This document shows, piece after piece, positions 10,453 to 20,836 of a stretch of 64,000 bases of DNA. The stretch comes from Bacteroidota bacterium. GTDB lineage: Bacteria; Bacteroidota; Bacteroidia; Chitinophagales; Chitinophagaceae. The stretch spans positions 20,552 to 84,551 of the forward strand of contig JBDKLP010000045.1 of the NCBI GenBank assembly GCA_039795575.1, written 5' to 3'. The notes beneath the pieces were generated by a model, which made no database searches, was not told the DNA's origin, and worked only from the letters and a program-made list of their open reading frames with translations. The position numbers and the translations under genes are program-made. Every line of letters starts with the position of its first letter. Positions within the stretch are counted from its first letter, which is position 1.

Positions 10453-11736
10453 CTATCCGCGCCTGTCTTTGTTGCTTGAAAAGCGTCTTTTTTGTCCGCC
10501 TTTGGCTCCAAAACCACCTTCATGCTGCGCAGCACGACCTCTGATATTTCTAGGTTTTCCCCTGCCAGCATCCTGTGAGGTTTTGTTGGCATGGAATTGT
10601 TGCATAGGAAAGGGGTGTTCAAAAAGAACATGAATTGTTTTGCCAATCAATTTTTCAATATCGGCCAAATAGGCTTTTTCTTCAAAATCACAGAACGACA
10701 ATGCGGTTCCTTCGGCACCAGCACGGCCTGTACGGCCAATACGATGCACATAGGTTTCTGGAATATTTGGAATGTCAAAATTAATCACATGTGCTAATTC
10801 ATCTACATCAATCCCTCTCGCTGCAATATCCGTAGCTACCAACACGCGCGTTGTTTGTTCTTTAAAATTACTCAATGCACGTTGACGAGCATTTTGTGAT
10901 TTATTGCCATGAATGGCTTCGGCGACTATATTGTTTTTGGTTAATAGTTGTACTACTTTGTCGGCTCCATGTTTGGTTCTTGTAAATACGAGTACTGTTT
11001 TAATGGCTGGATTTTTTAACACTTCCAACAATAAAGCGTTCTTATTTACTTTGTCAACAAAATAAACCGATTGATCAATAATCTCAACAGTAGAAGAGAC
11101 TGGGGTAACGGTTACTTTCTCTGGGGTATGTAAAATGCTGTTCGCCAAATTCACAATTTCGGGTGGCATGGTTGCAGAGAAAAACAAAGACTGTCTTTTT
11201 TTAGGAAGCACCGCCAATAATTTTCGAATGTCATTTACAAATCCCATATCCAACATTCTGTCTGCCTCGTCCAACACGAAAAATTCTACATCGCGCAAAC
11301 TAATAAAACCCTGATTCATTAAATCTAATAAACGACCAGGTGTAGCAATCACTACATCTACTCCTTCTTTTAAGGCAGTTACCTGTGGGCCTTGTCCAAC
11401 CCCTCCAAAAATAACGGTGCAATTAAGTGCAGTATGTCTTGCATAGGCATTGAAGCTTTCGGCTATTTGGATAGCCAATTCACGGGTAGGTGTAACAATT
11501 AAACTTTTAATACGCTTTCTTTTTTCTACTGGTTTTGCAGAAAGTAATTGTATGATAGGTAATGTAAATGCTGCTGTTTTCCCGGTTCCTGTTTGGGCAC
11601 ATCCTAATAAATCCTTTCCTTCTAATACAATCGGAATAGATTGTTCCTGAATAGGTGTGGGATTGGTGTATCCTTCTTCAAATAAGGCCAACAAAATGGG
11701 TTCAATTAACCCTAGATCTTTAAAATTCGTACTCAT
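10453..11736 (-). CDS. rhlE: DEAD-box RNA helicase (RhlE-like)
   Basis: [44 protein letters not shown]. Confidence 0.93.
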   Translation of the reverse strand: MSTNFKDLGLIEPILLALFEEGYTNPTPIQEQSIPIVLEGKDLLGCAQTGTGKTAAFTLPIIQLLSAKPVEKRKRIKSLIVTPTRELAIQIAESFNAYARHTALNCTVIFGGVGQGPQVTALKEGVDVVIATPGRLLDLMNQGFISLRDVEFFVLDEADRMLDMGFVNDIRKLLAVLPKKRQSLFFSATMPPEIVNLANSILHTPEKVTVTPVSSTVEIIDQSVYFVDKVNKNALLLEVLKNPAIKTVLVFTRTKHGADKVVQLLTKNNIVAEAIHGNKSQNARQRALSNFKEQTTRVLVATDIAARGIDVDELAHVINFDIPNIPETYVHRIGRTGRAGAEGTALSFCDFEEKAYLADIEKLIGKTIHVLFEHPFPMQQFHANKTSQDAGRGKPRNIRGRAAQHEGGFGAKGGQKRRFSSNKDRRG

Positions 11737-11781
11737 AATGGGATGCAAGGTACGCCTTTTAAATTTGACAAGGTTTTTGCA

Positions 11782-12102
11782 TTACTTTCTTACCAATAAA
11801 TAGGATTGGTGCACCAATGCCTGTATGGTTTTGGAGGGTACTTGTCTATTCAAGTGTAAGGTGTTCCAATGTTTCTTGTTCATATGAAAACCAGGGAAGA
11901 TGGCATCAGGATACTGGTCCCTTTGTTCAATGATATCATCAGGAGTTGCTTTGTAGTTCATGGTACTTGGAAATGCCACCAAGTCCAAAATAATAAAGAT
12001 CTTTCCATTAGTCTTGAGTACTAAATTATCTTCTCCAAATGGGAAGCATTCCTCGGTATCGGCAAGGCTCAAGGCGTAAGATCTAATTTCGTCAATTTCC
12101 AT
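11782..12102 (-). CDS. MmcQ/YjbR family protein
   Basis: FPFGED...KIF and PGFHMNKKHWNT motifs. Confidence 0.9.
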   Translation of the reverse strand: MEIDEIRSYALSLADTEECFPFGEDNLVLKTNGKIFIILDLVAFPSTMNYKATPDDIIEQRDQYPDAIFPGFHMNKKHWNTLHLNRQVPSKTIQALVHQSYLLVRK

Positions 12103-12132
12103 TCAAAAGTTTTTTAAATCGACTTGACTCAG

Positions 12133-13971
12133 CTATTCCACCGTAACTGACTTTGCTAAGTTCCTTGGTTTGTCTACATCAATACCTTTGTAAATACCAA
12201 CATAATAACTTAATAATTGCAAAGGAATTACACTTAATAATGGCGCAATCACTTCGTCAATATCAGGTACAAACATAATATTGTCTGACATGGTTGGTAA
12301 TACTGCATCACCTTGAGTGGCTACAGCAATTACCTGTCCTTTACGCGCTTTGATTTCTTGGATATTTGAAACTACTTTCTCGTAGTACATGTCTTTTGTT
12401 GCTACAAATACAACTGGTAAGTTTTCGTCTACCAATGCGATAGGGCCATGTTTCATTTCTGCAGCAGGATAGCCTTCGGCATGGATATAGGTGATTTCTT
12501 TTAATTTTAGTGCACCTTCTAATGCAATAGGGAAATTGTACCCACGTCCAAGATATAAAAAGTCGGATGCACCCTTGTATTGTTTTGCGATGCGTTCAAT
12601 CACACTGGTATCGGCTAAAATTTCTTTAACTTTTTCTGGTACCGATGCCAATTCATTCAATAAGAAAACATAACGCTCATCGCTAATGCTTCCTTTTGCT
12701 TTTGCCATTTTTAAAGCCATCATACTTAATACGGCCAATTGTCCGGTGAAAGCTTTTGTACTTGCTACACCAATCTCAGGACCCGCATGGGTATAAGCAC
12801 CAGCATGCGATAAACGGGCAATACTACTTCCTACCGCATTTACCACTCCAAATATGAAAGCTCCTTTTTCTTTCGCACTTTCCAATGCTACTAGGGTGTC
12901 GGCTGTTTCACCACTTTGTGAAATGGCAATGATCACATCTCCTGGATGTATGACGGGGTTACGATATCTAAATTCAGAGGCGTACTCCACTTCAACAGGA
13001 ATTCTACACAATTCTTCAATCATGTATTCAGCAACCAAGCCGGCATGCCAGCTAGTACCACAAGCAACAATCATAATTCTGGAAGCTTTGGTCAATGCTT
13101 CAATATGGTTGTCTACACCTGCCATTACAATTTGTTGTTGCTCATGTAATAATCTACCTCTTAAGCAATCATAAATGGTTTCGGGTTGTTCAAAAATTTC
13201 CTTCAACATAAAATGGTCGTATCCGCCTTTTTCAATGGCAGCCAATTCCATATCTAATTTTTGAATAAATGGAGTTTGCTTTTCGTTGCCTAAATTCTTT
13301 AAAATAAGTTCGTCTGCTTTTACAATGGCAATCTCATAATCATTCACATACACTACTTCCTTCGTGTATTCAATAATAGGAGAGGCATCGCTAGCTAAAA
13401 AGTGCTCTCCTTTACCAATACCAATCACCAAAGGACTTCCTTTTCGTGCAGCTATAATGGTTTCAGGATCATTTTGGTCAATTAATAAAATACAATAAGC
13501 ACCTACAATTCTTTTTAAAGCAATCCTCAAGGCTTCTTCTAAACTACTTTTATTATTGTCCTGAATATCTTGAATAAAGTTTAACAATACTTCGGTATCG
13601 GTATCACTTTTAAAAGTGTAGCCTTTGCTGGTAAGTTCTTGTTTGATTTGTGCATAGTTCTCAATGATGCCATTGTGCAACATCGCTAAACGACCATTGT
13701 TAGATAAATGTGGATGCGCATTTCGATCGGAAGGCTCGCCGTGTGTTGCCCAACGGGTATGTCCAATACAAATATGAGCATGCATATTCTTGCCCGTCAC
13801 TGCTTCCTCTAATTCTGCAACCTTGCCCTTTTTTTTGTGTACTTGTAAATTGCCTTCTTGGATAATGGCTACCCCTGTGCTATCGTATCCACGATATTCC
13901 AAACGTTTCAACCCTTTTAATACAATTGGGTATGCTTCTCTATGACCAATATATCCTACAATTCCACACAT
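12133..13971 (-). CDS. glmS: Glutamine-fructose-6-phosphate transaminase (isomerizing)
   Basis: True start MCGIVG (catalytic Cys2) at 13971; GHTRWATHG, SQSGETADT, C-terminal PRNLAKSVTVE. Confidence 0.98.
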   Translation of the reverse strand: MCGIVGYIGHREAYPIVLKGLKRLEYRGYDSTGVAIIQEGNLQVHKKKGKVAELEEAVTGKNMHAHICIGHTRWATHGEPSDRNAHPHLSNNGRLAMLHNGIIENYAQIKQELTSKGYTFKSDTDTEVLLNFIQDIQDNNKSSLEEALRIALKRIVGAYCILLIDQNDPETIIAARKGSPLVIGIGKGEHFLASDASPIIEYTKEVVYVNDYEIAIVKADELILKNLGNEKQTPFIQKLDMELAAIEKGGYDHFMLKEIFEQPETIYDCLRGRLLHEQQQIVMAGVDNHIEALTKASRIMIVACGTSWHAGLVAEYMIEELCRIPVEVEYASEFRYRNPVIHPGDVIIAISQSGETADTLVALESAKEKGAFIFGVVNAVGSSIARLSHAGAYTHAGPEIGVASTKAFTGQLAVLSMMALKMAKAKGSISDERYVFLLNELASVPEKVKEILADTSVIERIAKQYKGASDFLYLGRGYNFPIALEGALKLKEITYIHAEGYPAAEMKHGPIALVDENLPVVFVATKDMYYEKVVSNIQEIKARKGQVIAVATQGDAVLPTMSDNIMFVPDIDEVIAPLLSVIPLQLLSYYVGIYKGIDVDKPRNLAKSVTVE

Positions 13972-14033
13972 ATTTTGACGATTTAGCTTTGAATACTTAA
14001 TTTGAACAAAAATAATCATTAATATTTTAATGT

Positions 14034-14639
14034 ATGTCAAATAAGGAGCTTTTTGATTTCAAGAAAGACTATATTTTGGAAGATGATCGTGTGCTATTAA
14101 GGCCTATTTTATTGAATGACCTCGATTCCCTGGCCACCTATGTGCTCAATGAACCCGAGATTTGGCAGTTTTCCTTGGTAGCAATACAGGCCCCTGAGGA
14201 TTTACAAGGGTATATTGAATCTGCTATCCAGTCCAGGAGGGATCAAACTGCTTACCCATTTATCGTATTTGATAAATTAACAAAAACCTTTGTAGGAAGT
14301 ACTCGTTTTTATGATATGCAATTGAATTTTCAAACAACTCAATTAGGGTATACTTGGTACGGTAAAAAAGTATGGGGAACAGGATTAAATATGCATTGTA
14401 AATATTTATTATTACAATTTGCATTTGAAACCTTACAATTAGAAAGAGTTGAATTTAGAGCAGATAATAATAACAAGAGAAGTATTGCTGCCATGCAAAA
14501 AATAGGTTGTACGGTTGAAGGGGTATTACGTAGTCATTTGCCAAAGCCAGATGGCACAAGAAGAGATTCGATTGTGTTAAGTATTACCAAACAAGATTGG
14601 GAAAGCAAGGTCAAAGCCTTGATACAGTCGAAACTTTGA
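14034..14639 (+). CDS. GNAT family N-acetyltransferase (RimJ/RimL-like)
   Basis: VGSTRF, LGYTWY, WGTGLN, NKRSIAAMQKIG, EGVLRSH. Confidence 0.9.
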   Translation: MSNKELFDFKKDYILEDDRVLLRPILLNDLDSLATYVLNEPEIWQFSLVAIQAPEDLQGYIESAIQSRRDQTAYPFIVFDKLTKTFVGSTRFYDMQLNFQTTQLGYTWYGKKVWGTGLNMHCKYLLLQFAFETLQLERVEFRADNNNKRSIAAMQKIGCTVEGVLRSHLPKPDGTRRDSIVLSITKQDWESKVKALIQSKL

Positions 14640-14659
14640 ATGGTTAGTAGGCGACCGGT

Positions 14660-16057
14660 TTAAAGTAAAGTGCCATGAAGAATTAACATAGCTACACTAA
14701 AGTAAATAATGAGTGCTGTTACGTCTACCAATGTAGCAACGAAAGGTGCTGAAGAAGCAGCAGGATCGGCGCCTAATTTCTTTAAAATAATGGGCAGCAT
14801 GGAACCAGTGATCGTACCCCATAATACTACCCCTAATAAGGTGCAGCCAATTGTTATTGCAACTAGAAAATAATGATCTCCATAAAGTGTTGGGAAAATG
14901 CTGTTCCAAACGATTACTCTAAAAAAGCCAATTAATCCCAACACACAGCCTAGGAATAAGCCACTTAGTATTTCTCTTCTTAAAATTTTCCACCAGTTGG
15001 CTACCGTAATTTCGCCTACAGACATAGCTTGGATAATGAGTGTGGAAGCCTGAGATCCTGAATTACCGCCACTTGACAAAATCAATGGAATGAATAAGGT
15101 AAGTACAAAAGCTCTTTGCATCTCTTTTTCAAAAAAACCCATCGCAGAGGCAGTGAACATTTCCCCAAAAAATAAAATAACCAACCAAGTGATACGCTTT
15201 TGAAAAAGTTTGCGTAATGAAATGTCTAGGTAAGGTTCGTTTAAAGATTCAGTACCCCCCATTTTTTGCATATCCTCGGAGAACTCTTCATTGGTCACCC
15301 ATAAGATATCATCGATGGTTACAATACCTAATAATACATTATTGTCATCTACTACCGGAATGGCAGTACGGTTATTCATTTTAAACACTTGACTGGCATG
15401 CTCCTGATCATCGTATACATTCAACGCTACAAAGCGGCCGTCAATAATATCTTTAATTAAATCATTGGGCTGTGCTAATAATAAATCTCTAATTCTAATA
15501 TCGTCCACCAATCCGCCTAGTTCATCAATAATGTAGATCACATCAATGGTCTCGGAGTTCTTTCCATACCTACGTATGGTTTCAAGTACATGGGCCACCG
15601 TATAATGCGGATACACATATACATAGTCGGGAGTCATCAAACGACCCACACTATCTTCGGGATAACCCAATAAGGACAATGTAATTTTGCGTTCCTCTGG
15701 ATCTAATAATTTAATTAAGTCACGAATGGCCGCCTTGGGTAATTCTTCCAAAAAATCGGTACGGTCATCGGGGGGCAATTCGTTCAGGATTTTGGCTGTT
15801 TTACGCGCAGGTAATTCCTTAATAATGTCCTTTTGTTGATTGATGTCAAGAATCTTAAATACACTCACCGCACGATGCACCGTCATATGGTCAATGATGC
15901 TAGCTTCCTGTTCGGGAAATTCATTCACCAATTCAACTACGTCGCTGATGTTTTGTTCATCTAAAAATGTTCTTAAAAGGGCCTCGTCATTTTGACCCAA
16001 TATTTCCAAAAACACTTCCGATAAATTAACTTCTTCTATTTTTAATTCATCTGACAT
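14660..16057 (-). CDS. mgtE: Magnesium transporter MgtE
   Basis: YPEDSVGRLMT, CBS pair, GGNSGSQ, DPAASSAPFVATLVDV; ATG at 16057. Confidence 0.96.
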   Translation of the reverse strand: MSDELKIEEVNLSEVFLEILGQNDEALLRTFLDEQNISDVVELVNEFPEQEASIIDHMTVHRAVSVFKILDINQQKDIIKELPARKTAKILNELPPDDRTDFLEELPKAAIRDLIKLLDPEERKITLSLLGYPEDSVGRLMTPDYVYVYPHYTVAHVLETIRRYGKNSETIDVIYIIDELGGLVDDIRIRDLLLAQPNDLIKDIIDGRFVALNVYDDQEHASQVFKMNNRTAIPVVDDNNVLLGIVTIDDILWVTNEEFSEDMQKMGGTESLNEPYLDISLRKLFQKRITWLVILFFGEMFTASAMGFFEKEMQRAFVLTLFIPLILSSGGNSGSQASTLIIQAMSVGEITVANWWKILRREILSGLFLGCVLGLIGFFRVIVWNSIFPTLYGDHYFLVAITIGCTLLGVVLWGTITGSMLPIILKKLGADPAASSAPFVATLVDVTALIIYFSVAMLILHGTLL

Positions 16058-16103
16058 GGGGTGCAAGTTAATAAAAATCCTAAGGATGCCCTATATTTAG
16101 GCC

Positions 16104-16490
16104 ATGATTCTTCCATTCTTAACAATTGCTTCATCTGTCAATAAGGGCAGGGGGGTGTTTACCACGGAACCTATTGCAGCCCACACTACCATTGAAATTG
16201 CGCCCGTAATTGTTGTGAGTGTGCAAGATCGTGAAAAATTAGAACAAACCCTTTTGTATGATTATATTTTTGAATGGGGGGAAGATGCAAAAATGGCCGC
16301 AGTAGCCCTGGGGTATATTTCTATTTACAATCATTCCAATCAACCCAATTGCGCATACGAAATGGACTTCGAACACCAAACCATTTCCATCACCACTTTA
16401 CAGGCCATTGAAATTGGAGCAGAATTGTTCATTAATTATATGTGTCCCGAAGGTCCTTCGGATACTCCTGTTTGGTTTGAGCAAAAGTAA
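16104..16490 (+). CDS. SET domain-containing protein (putative lysine methyltransferase)
   Basis: KGRGVF, YNHSNQPNC, IEIGAELFINY SET motifs. Confidence 0.9.
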   Translation: MILPFLTIASSVNKGRGVFTTEPIAAHTTIEIAPVIVVSVQDREKLEQTLLYDYIFEWGEDAKMAAVALGYISIYNHSNQPNCAYEMDFEHQTISITTLQAIEIGAELFINYMCPEGPSDTPVWFEQK

Positions 16491-16514
16491 ATGCGTTTGC
16501 TTCTGAATGCATAC

Positions 16515-17630
16515 TTAAAAAAGTACCAAACAAACAGGCATAGAAACAGCTATCGTATTACCGGTATTGGTTAAAGCGCCAGTTAGTTTATTGCGTTTAA
16601 AAATCTCAATATTGTCCGTATCTTGATTGGCTACCAATAACCATTTTCCATCGGCACTCATGGTGAAATTTCTGGGTCTTTTTCCTTGCACCGAAAACAA
16701 TTGCATACGATTACTATCTAATAAGCCATTTTGCATCACAGGAAAACAAGCGATATTATTTTCCTCGCCTCGATTGCTTATATATAAATATCTACCATCA
16801 GGTGATAAATGAATATCTGCAGTACCTGGCTCACCTTGATAATTGGCGGGATGTGTAGCCACAGTTTGTAAAAAATGGGTCTTGCCTTTATTAAAATGGT
16901 ACACGCTAACGGTGCCACTTAGTTCTTCGGCAATATATAATGTGCTACCATTTTTTGAAAAAACAAGATGCCTAGGTCCTGAGCCAGGCTTGGATTGGAT
17001 GATACTTGCTTTTTGTACATCCAAAGGCAGGCTATTATTTGAATGATAGGGATAAATGTATACCTGGTCGGTTCCTAGATCGGGGGTTAATAAAAAGTCG
17101 CCGTTAGGGGAGAAGAAAGCGCCATGCACATGCGCTTTTTCTTGACGTTCAGGATGAATGCTTTTGCCCTGGTGTTGAATATTTTGTTGGGCATTAGAAA
17201 TGCGTCCATCTGCAAATCGGTGAAATTGTGTGATACTACCTCCGTTGTAATTAGCCACCATTAAATTATGTTGGTCGGGGCTTAAACTAATAAAACATGG
17301 GTCTGCAGCATGTGTTGGATTTTGCTGCATCAATTTCAATTGATTGTTATTGAATGAAAATGCAGATACCATTCCCTCCTTGGTTTCATTTACAGCGTAT
17401 ACAAATTGATGATCATTGGTGATGGTTAAAAATTCAGGATTCAGGATACTGTCGGTATGTGATAAAGGAATTGCTTTTCCGGTGGTAGTATCAAAATTAA
17501 AAACATAAATACCTTTACTACCTCGTTGCGTGTAAGTGCCTACAAGCAAGTTGGCCGTTTGTGCTTTCGTGCTATTTACATTACAAGCAAGTAGTGCAAA
17601 AAAAACAAATGTGGTGTAATATTTTTTCAT
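16515..17630 (-). CDS. Secreted lactonase-family beta-propeller (6-phosphogluconolactonase-like)
   Basis: LVGTYT, HVH, DLGTD, GSGPRH, ADIHLSPDGRYLYISNRG, PRNF; signal peptide. Confidence 0.9.
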   Translation of the reverse strand: MKKYYTTFVFFALLACNVNSTKAQTANLLVGTYTQRGSKGIYVFNFDTTTGKAIPLSHTDSILNPEFLTITNDHQFVYAVNETKEGMVSAFSFNNNQLKLMQQNPTHAADPCFISLSPDQHNLMVANYNGGSITQFHRFADGRISNAQQNIQHQGKSIHPERQEKAHVHGAFFSPNGDFLLTPDLGTDQVYIYPYHSNNSLPLDVQKASIIQSKPGSGPRHLVFSKNGSTLYIAEELSGTVSVYHFNKGKTHFLQTVATHPANYQGEPGTADIHLSPDGRYLYISNRGEENNIACFPVMQNGLLDSNRMQLFSVQGKRPRNFTMSADGKWLLVANQDTDNIEIFKRNKLTGALTNTGNTIAVSMPVCLVLF

Positions 17631-17653
17631 GAGATTTATTTTTGTGAGCAGAT

Positions 17654-18442
17654 TTATTGATAAACACGCACATAGTCTACTAACATTTGAGCGGGGAATA
17701 TCGAATCATCAATGGCAAAGCCTGCCATATTGCCTCCAATAGCTAAATTAAGTATTAAAAATTGTGGAGCAGTAAAGGGATAATACTCCAATCCTTTTCC
17801 TTCATTTAGTACAGTATAATACAAATGATTGTCTACATAAAACTGAATACTTTTTTCTGTCCAATCCAATCGATATACATGAAAGGCCTCGTCGGTTTTC
17901 TTGATAATAGTTTTATAAGTTTTTTGCGTGCCCTTAGGCCAATTCAACATAGCAGAATGGGTTGACCAATTTACTTCATTGGGTATTTTCCCAACTTCTT
18001 CCATAATATCAATTTCTCCACAAGTAGGCCAACCCACTTTATTGATATTGTCACCCAGCATCCATATGGCAGGCCAGGTACCTTGGCCCTTGGGTAATTT
18101 GGCGCGGATTTCAAATCGACCATAGGTCCATGCAGCTTTCCCCTGCGTTAACATTCTCGCAGACGTATATTTTTTGTCTGCTTTATTTTCTTTCCTGGCT
18201 TCAATAATTAAGCATCCATTTTGTATACGCGCGTTAGTTGGATCACTGGTATAATATTGTAGTTCATTATTACCCCAGCCATCCTGTCCATTCCCAATAT
18301 TAAAATTCCACTTGCTGGTGTCGGGTCGGGTACCTTTATTAAATTCGTCCGACCACACTAATTTTAATTTTGTGGGTTGTTTTTGTGCCACAGCCGCTAA
18401 GCTGCAAATACTTATACAGGCTAATAATGATAGAAAGCGCAT
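17654..18442 (-). CDS. Glycoside hydrolase family 16 (laminarinase-like), secreted
   Basis: WSDEF, GWGNNELQYY, WPAIWML, catalytic GEIDIME, LNLAIGG, VDYVRVYQ. Confidence 0.93.
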   Translation of the reverse strand: MRFLSLLACISICSLAAVAQKQPTKLKLVWSDEFNKGTRPDTSKWNFNIGNGQDGWGNNELQYYTSDPTNARIQNGCLIIEARKENKADKKYTSARMLTQGKAAWTYGRFEIRAKLPKGQGTWPAIWMLGDNINKVGWPTCGEIDIMEEVGKIPNEVNWSTHSAMLNWPKGTQKTYKTIIKKTDEAFHVYRLDWTEKSIQFYVDNHLYYTVLNEGKGLEYYPFTAPQFLILNLAIGGNMAGFAIDDSIFPAQMLVDYVRVYQ

Positions 18443-18506
18443 AAATAACAATTGTTTGTTGAATAATACAGCCTTAATTGCTACAAAATAGTCAAATTAT
18501 TCCTTT

Positions 18507-18541
18507 TTTGTTGGGTAATTTATAAAAGCGTTGTAAATTTG
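18507..18541 (+). promoter_or_regulatory. Bacteroidota sigma-A promoter of the his operon
   Basis: TTTG at 18507-18510 (-33 like) and TAAATTTG at 18534-18541 (-7 box). Confidence 0.75.
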
Positions 18542-18545
18542 TCCC

Positions 18546-18596
18546 ATGAAATTAAACAACCCTATCCATCATCATCATTTGCTATCCAGTAGGTAA
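18546..18596 (+). CDS. hisL: his operon leader peptide MKLNNPIHHHHLLSSR
   Basis: 16-aa ORF with four tandem CAT codons (18567-18578), followed by a terminator hairpin before hisG. Confidence 0.9.
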   Translation: MKLNNPIHHHHLLSSR

Positions 18597-18631
18597 GCTA
18601 TGGGTGTGTAGGTATGTAACTATATTTAACC

Positions 18632-18660
18632 AAAGGGCTTACTCAACAGTAAGCCCTTTT
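18632..18660 (+). terminator. his attenuator terminator
   Basis: AAAGGGCTTACT-caac-AGTAAGCCCTTT(T); the 5' arm can pair alternatively with GGTAAGCT at 18592-18599. Confidence 0.85.
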
Positions 18661-18680
18661 AATTTATAATAACAAAGAAT

Positions 18681-19535
18681 ATGAGATTAAAATTAGCCAT
18701 TCAAAAATCAGGAAGACTCAATGAGGATTCAATGCGTTTATTAAAAGAATGTGGCATTGACATTGAAAATGGCGTGAATAAATTAAAAGCAGAAGCGACA
18801 AACTTTCCAATCGAGCTTTTCTTTTTACGTGACGATGATATTCCGCAATATGTAGAAGATGGAGTAGCAGACATTGGTTTTGTTGGAGAAAATGTTGTGT
18901 ATGAAAAAGCAAAAAAAGTAGAAGTTGCTTATGAGTTAGGTTTTGGGAAATGTCGATTAAGCTTTGCGGTGCGTAAAAACGAAACATTTACGGGACCTGC
19001 TTTTTTAGAAGGCAAAAAAATTGCAACTAGTTATCCTGTATTAGTGCAAAAGTATTTGGATGAACATAAAATTAATGCCGAAGTACATGAAATTAGCGGA
19101 AGTGTTGAAATTGCACCTGGTATTGGATTAGCAGATGTGGTTTGTGATTTAGTAAGTAGTGGATCCACTTTGTTTATGAATGGTTTAAAAGAAGCAGACA
19201 CTATTTTAAAATCTCAAGCAGTATTAATTAAACATAAAAACTTTAACGCCGAAGCGCAACAAATTTTGGAGCGTTTATTATTTCGCATGGAATCGGTTAA
19301 AAAAGCGAAAAAGAATAAATATGTTTTATTAAATGCGCCAAATGATCAATTAGAAAAAATCATTGCTTTATTGCCAGGCATGAAAAGTCCTACTGTATTG
19401 CCTTTGGCATCTCCAGGATGGAGTAGCGTGCACAGTGTGATTGCAGAAAGTGATTTTTGGGAAATCATTGAGCAATTAAAAAATGCTGGTGCCGAAGGAA
19501 TTTTAGTGATCCCAATTGAAAAAATGATATTATAA
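18681..19535 (+). CDS. hisG: ATP phosphoribosyltransferase (long form)
   Basis: AIQKSGRL, RDDDIP, IATSYP, GSVEIAP, DLVSSGSTL, PGMKSPTV. Confidence 0.98.
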   Translation: MRLKLAIQKSGRLNEDSMRLLKECGIDIENGVNKLKAEATNFPIELFFLRDDDIPQYVEDGVADIGFVGENVVYEKAKKVEVAYELGFGKCRLSFAVRKNETFTGPAFLEGKKIATSYPVLVQKYLDEHKINAEVHEISGSVEIAPGIGLADVVCDLVSSGSTLFMNGLKEADTILKSQAVLIKHKNFNAEAQQILERLLFRMESVKKAKKNKYVLLNAPNDQLEKIIALLPGMKSPTVLPLASPGWSSVHSVIAESDFWEIIEQLKNAGAEGILVIPIEKMIL

Positions 19536-20833
19536 TGATTCAAGTATTAAATCAGCCTGAACAAAAAGACTGGGCCGCCTTATTGGCAAGGCCTAGTTTT
19601 GATGCGCGTGAATTGTTGCCAAGGGTTCAGGATATTATGAATGAAGTAAAAGCAAATGGGGATAGTGCTTTACTGCGATATACCCGAGATTTTGATAAAG
19701 TGAATTTAAGCTGTATTGCATTAAATGATAAGATTCAAAATCAAGCAGAAGCTGCATTGTCGGGGGCTTTAAAAGCAGCCATACAATTGGCAAAGGGGAA
19801 TATTGAAAAATTCCACCAAACACAATTGCAAAAAATGGAACGCATTGAAACCATGCCTGGAGTATGGTGTTGGAGAAAATCGGTAGGCATTGAAACGGTG
19901 GGTATTTATATACCAGGGGGAACGGCGCCTTTGTTTTCAACTGTTTTAATGTTAGGTATCCCAGCAAAAATTGCAGGCTGTAAAAATATTATTTTGTGTA
20001 CTCCACCTAGTAATGATCAAGGAGCTATTCATCCTGCTATTATATATGCTGCTCAATTAGTTGGGATCACACAAATCTATACCATTGGAGGCGTACAGGC
20101 AATTGCTGCTATGGCATATGGAACAGCAACTGTGCCTAAAGTGCAAAAAATATTTGGACCAGGGAATCAGTATGTAACGGCTGCAAAACAATTGGCACAA
20201 CAAGCCGGAGTTGCAATAGATATGCCTGCGGGACCAAGTGAAGTATGTGTATGGACCGATGATTCCTGTGTACCAGCTTTTGTAGCTGCCGATTTATTAT
20301 CTCAAGCTGAACATGGTGCAGATAGCCAGGTATTATTAGTGGCCAGTAATGTGCAGATAGTGGAAAAAGTGCAAGCAGAATTAGCCCTTCAATTATCGAA
20401 TTTGCCTAGAAAGGAATTGGCTGCAAAGGCTATAAACAATTCAAAAGCAATTGTAATAAATGATGTGAAAGATGCATTGGCTTTAATAAATCAATATGCA
20501 CCTGAGCACTTAATTTTAGCGATTGAAAATGCCGAAATAGTTGCTGAAAAGATAATCAATGCAGGCTCGGTGTTTATAGGGAATTATTCCCCCGAATCGG
20601 CGGGAGATTATGCAAGTGGTACGAACCATACTTTGCCAACCAATGGATTTGCTAATGCCTATAGCGGAGTGAGTGTAGATAGTTTTGTGAAAAAAATCAC
20701 TTTTCAACATTTAACGGAGCGTGGATTGGTAAATATTGGTCAATCTGTCATTGAAATGGCTAATGCCGAAAGTTTGGAAGCCCATGCCAATGCAGTAACT
20801 GTTCGATTAAATGAAATAAAATCAAAAATGTAG
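19535..20833 (+). CDS. hisD: Histidinol dehydrogenase
   Basis: GIYIPGGTAPL, GPGNQYV, DMPAGPSE, DLLSQAEH, APEHL, GDYASGTNHTLPT. Confidence 0.98.
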   Translation: MIQVLNQPEQKDWAALLARPSFDARELLPRVQDIMNEVKANGDSALLRYTRDFDKVNLSCIALNDKIQNQAEAALSGALKAAIQLAKGNIEKFHQTQLQKMERIETMPGVWCWRKSVGIETVGIYIPGGTAPLFSTVLMLGIPAKIAGCKNIILCTPPSNDQGAIHPAIIYAAQLVGITQIYTIGGVQAIAAMAYGTATVPKVQKIFGPGNQYVTAAKQLAQQAGVAIDMPAGPSEVCVWTDDSCVPAFVAADLLSQAEHGADSQVLLVASNVQIVEKVQAELALQLSNLPRKELAAKAINNSKAIVINDVKDALALINQYAPEHLILAIENAEIVAEKIINAGSVFIGNYSPESAGDYASGTNHTLPTNGFANAYSGVSVDSFVKKITFQHLTERGLVNIGQSVIEMANAESLEAHANAVTVRLNEIKSKM

Positions 20834-20836
20834 TAT

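Noticed and set aside
13972-14040. glmS ribozyme or N-terminal extension of GlmS
   Set aside because: The spacer is only 62 bp, AT-rich, shared with a divergent gene and lacks the ribozyme core; GlmS needs Cys at position 2, so the start is 13971.
16058-16103. Mg2+ (M-box) riboswitch or leader upstream of mgtE
   Set aside because: The spacer is only 46 bp with a promoter box right before the ATG, leaving no room.
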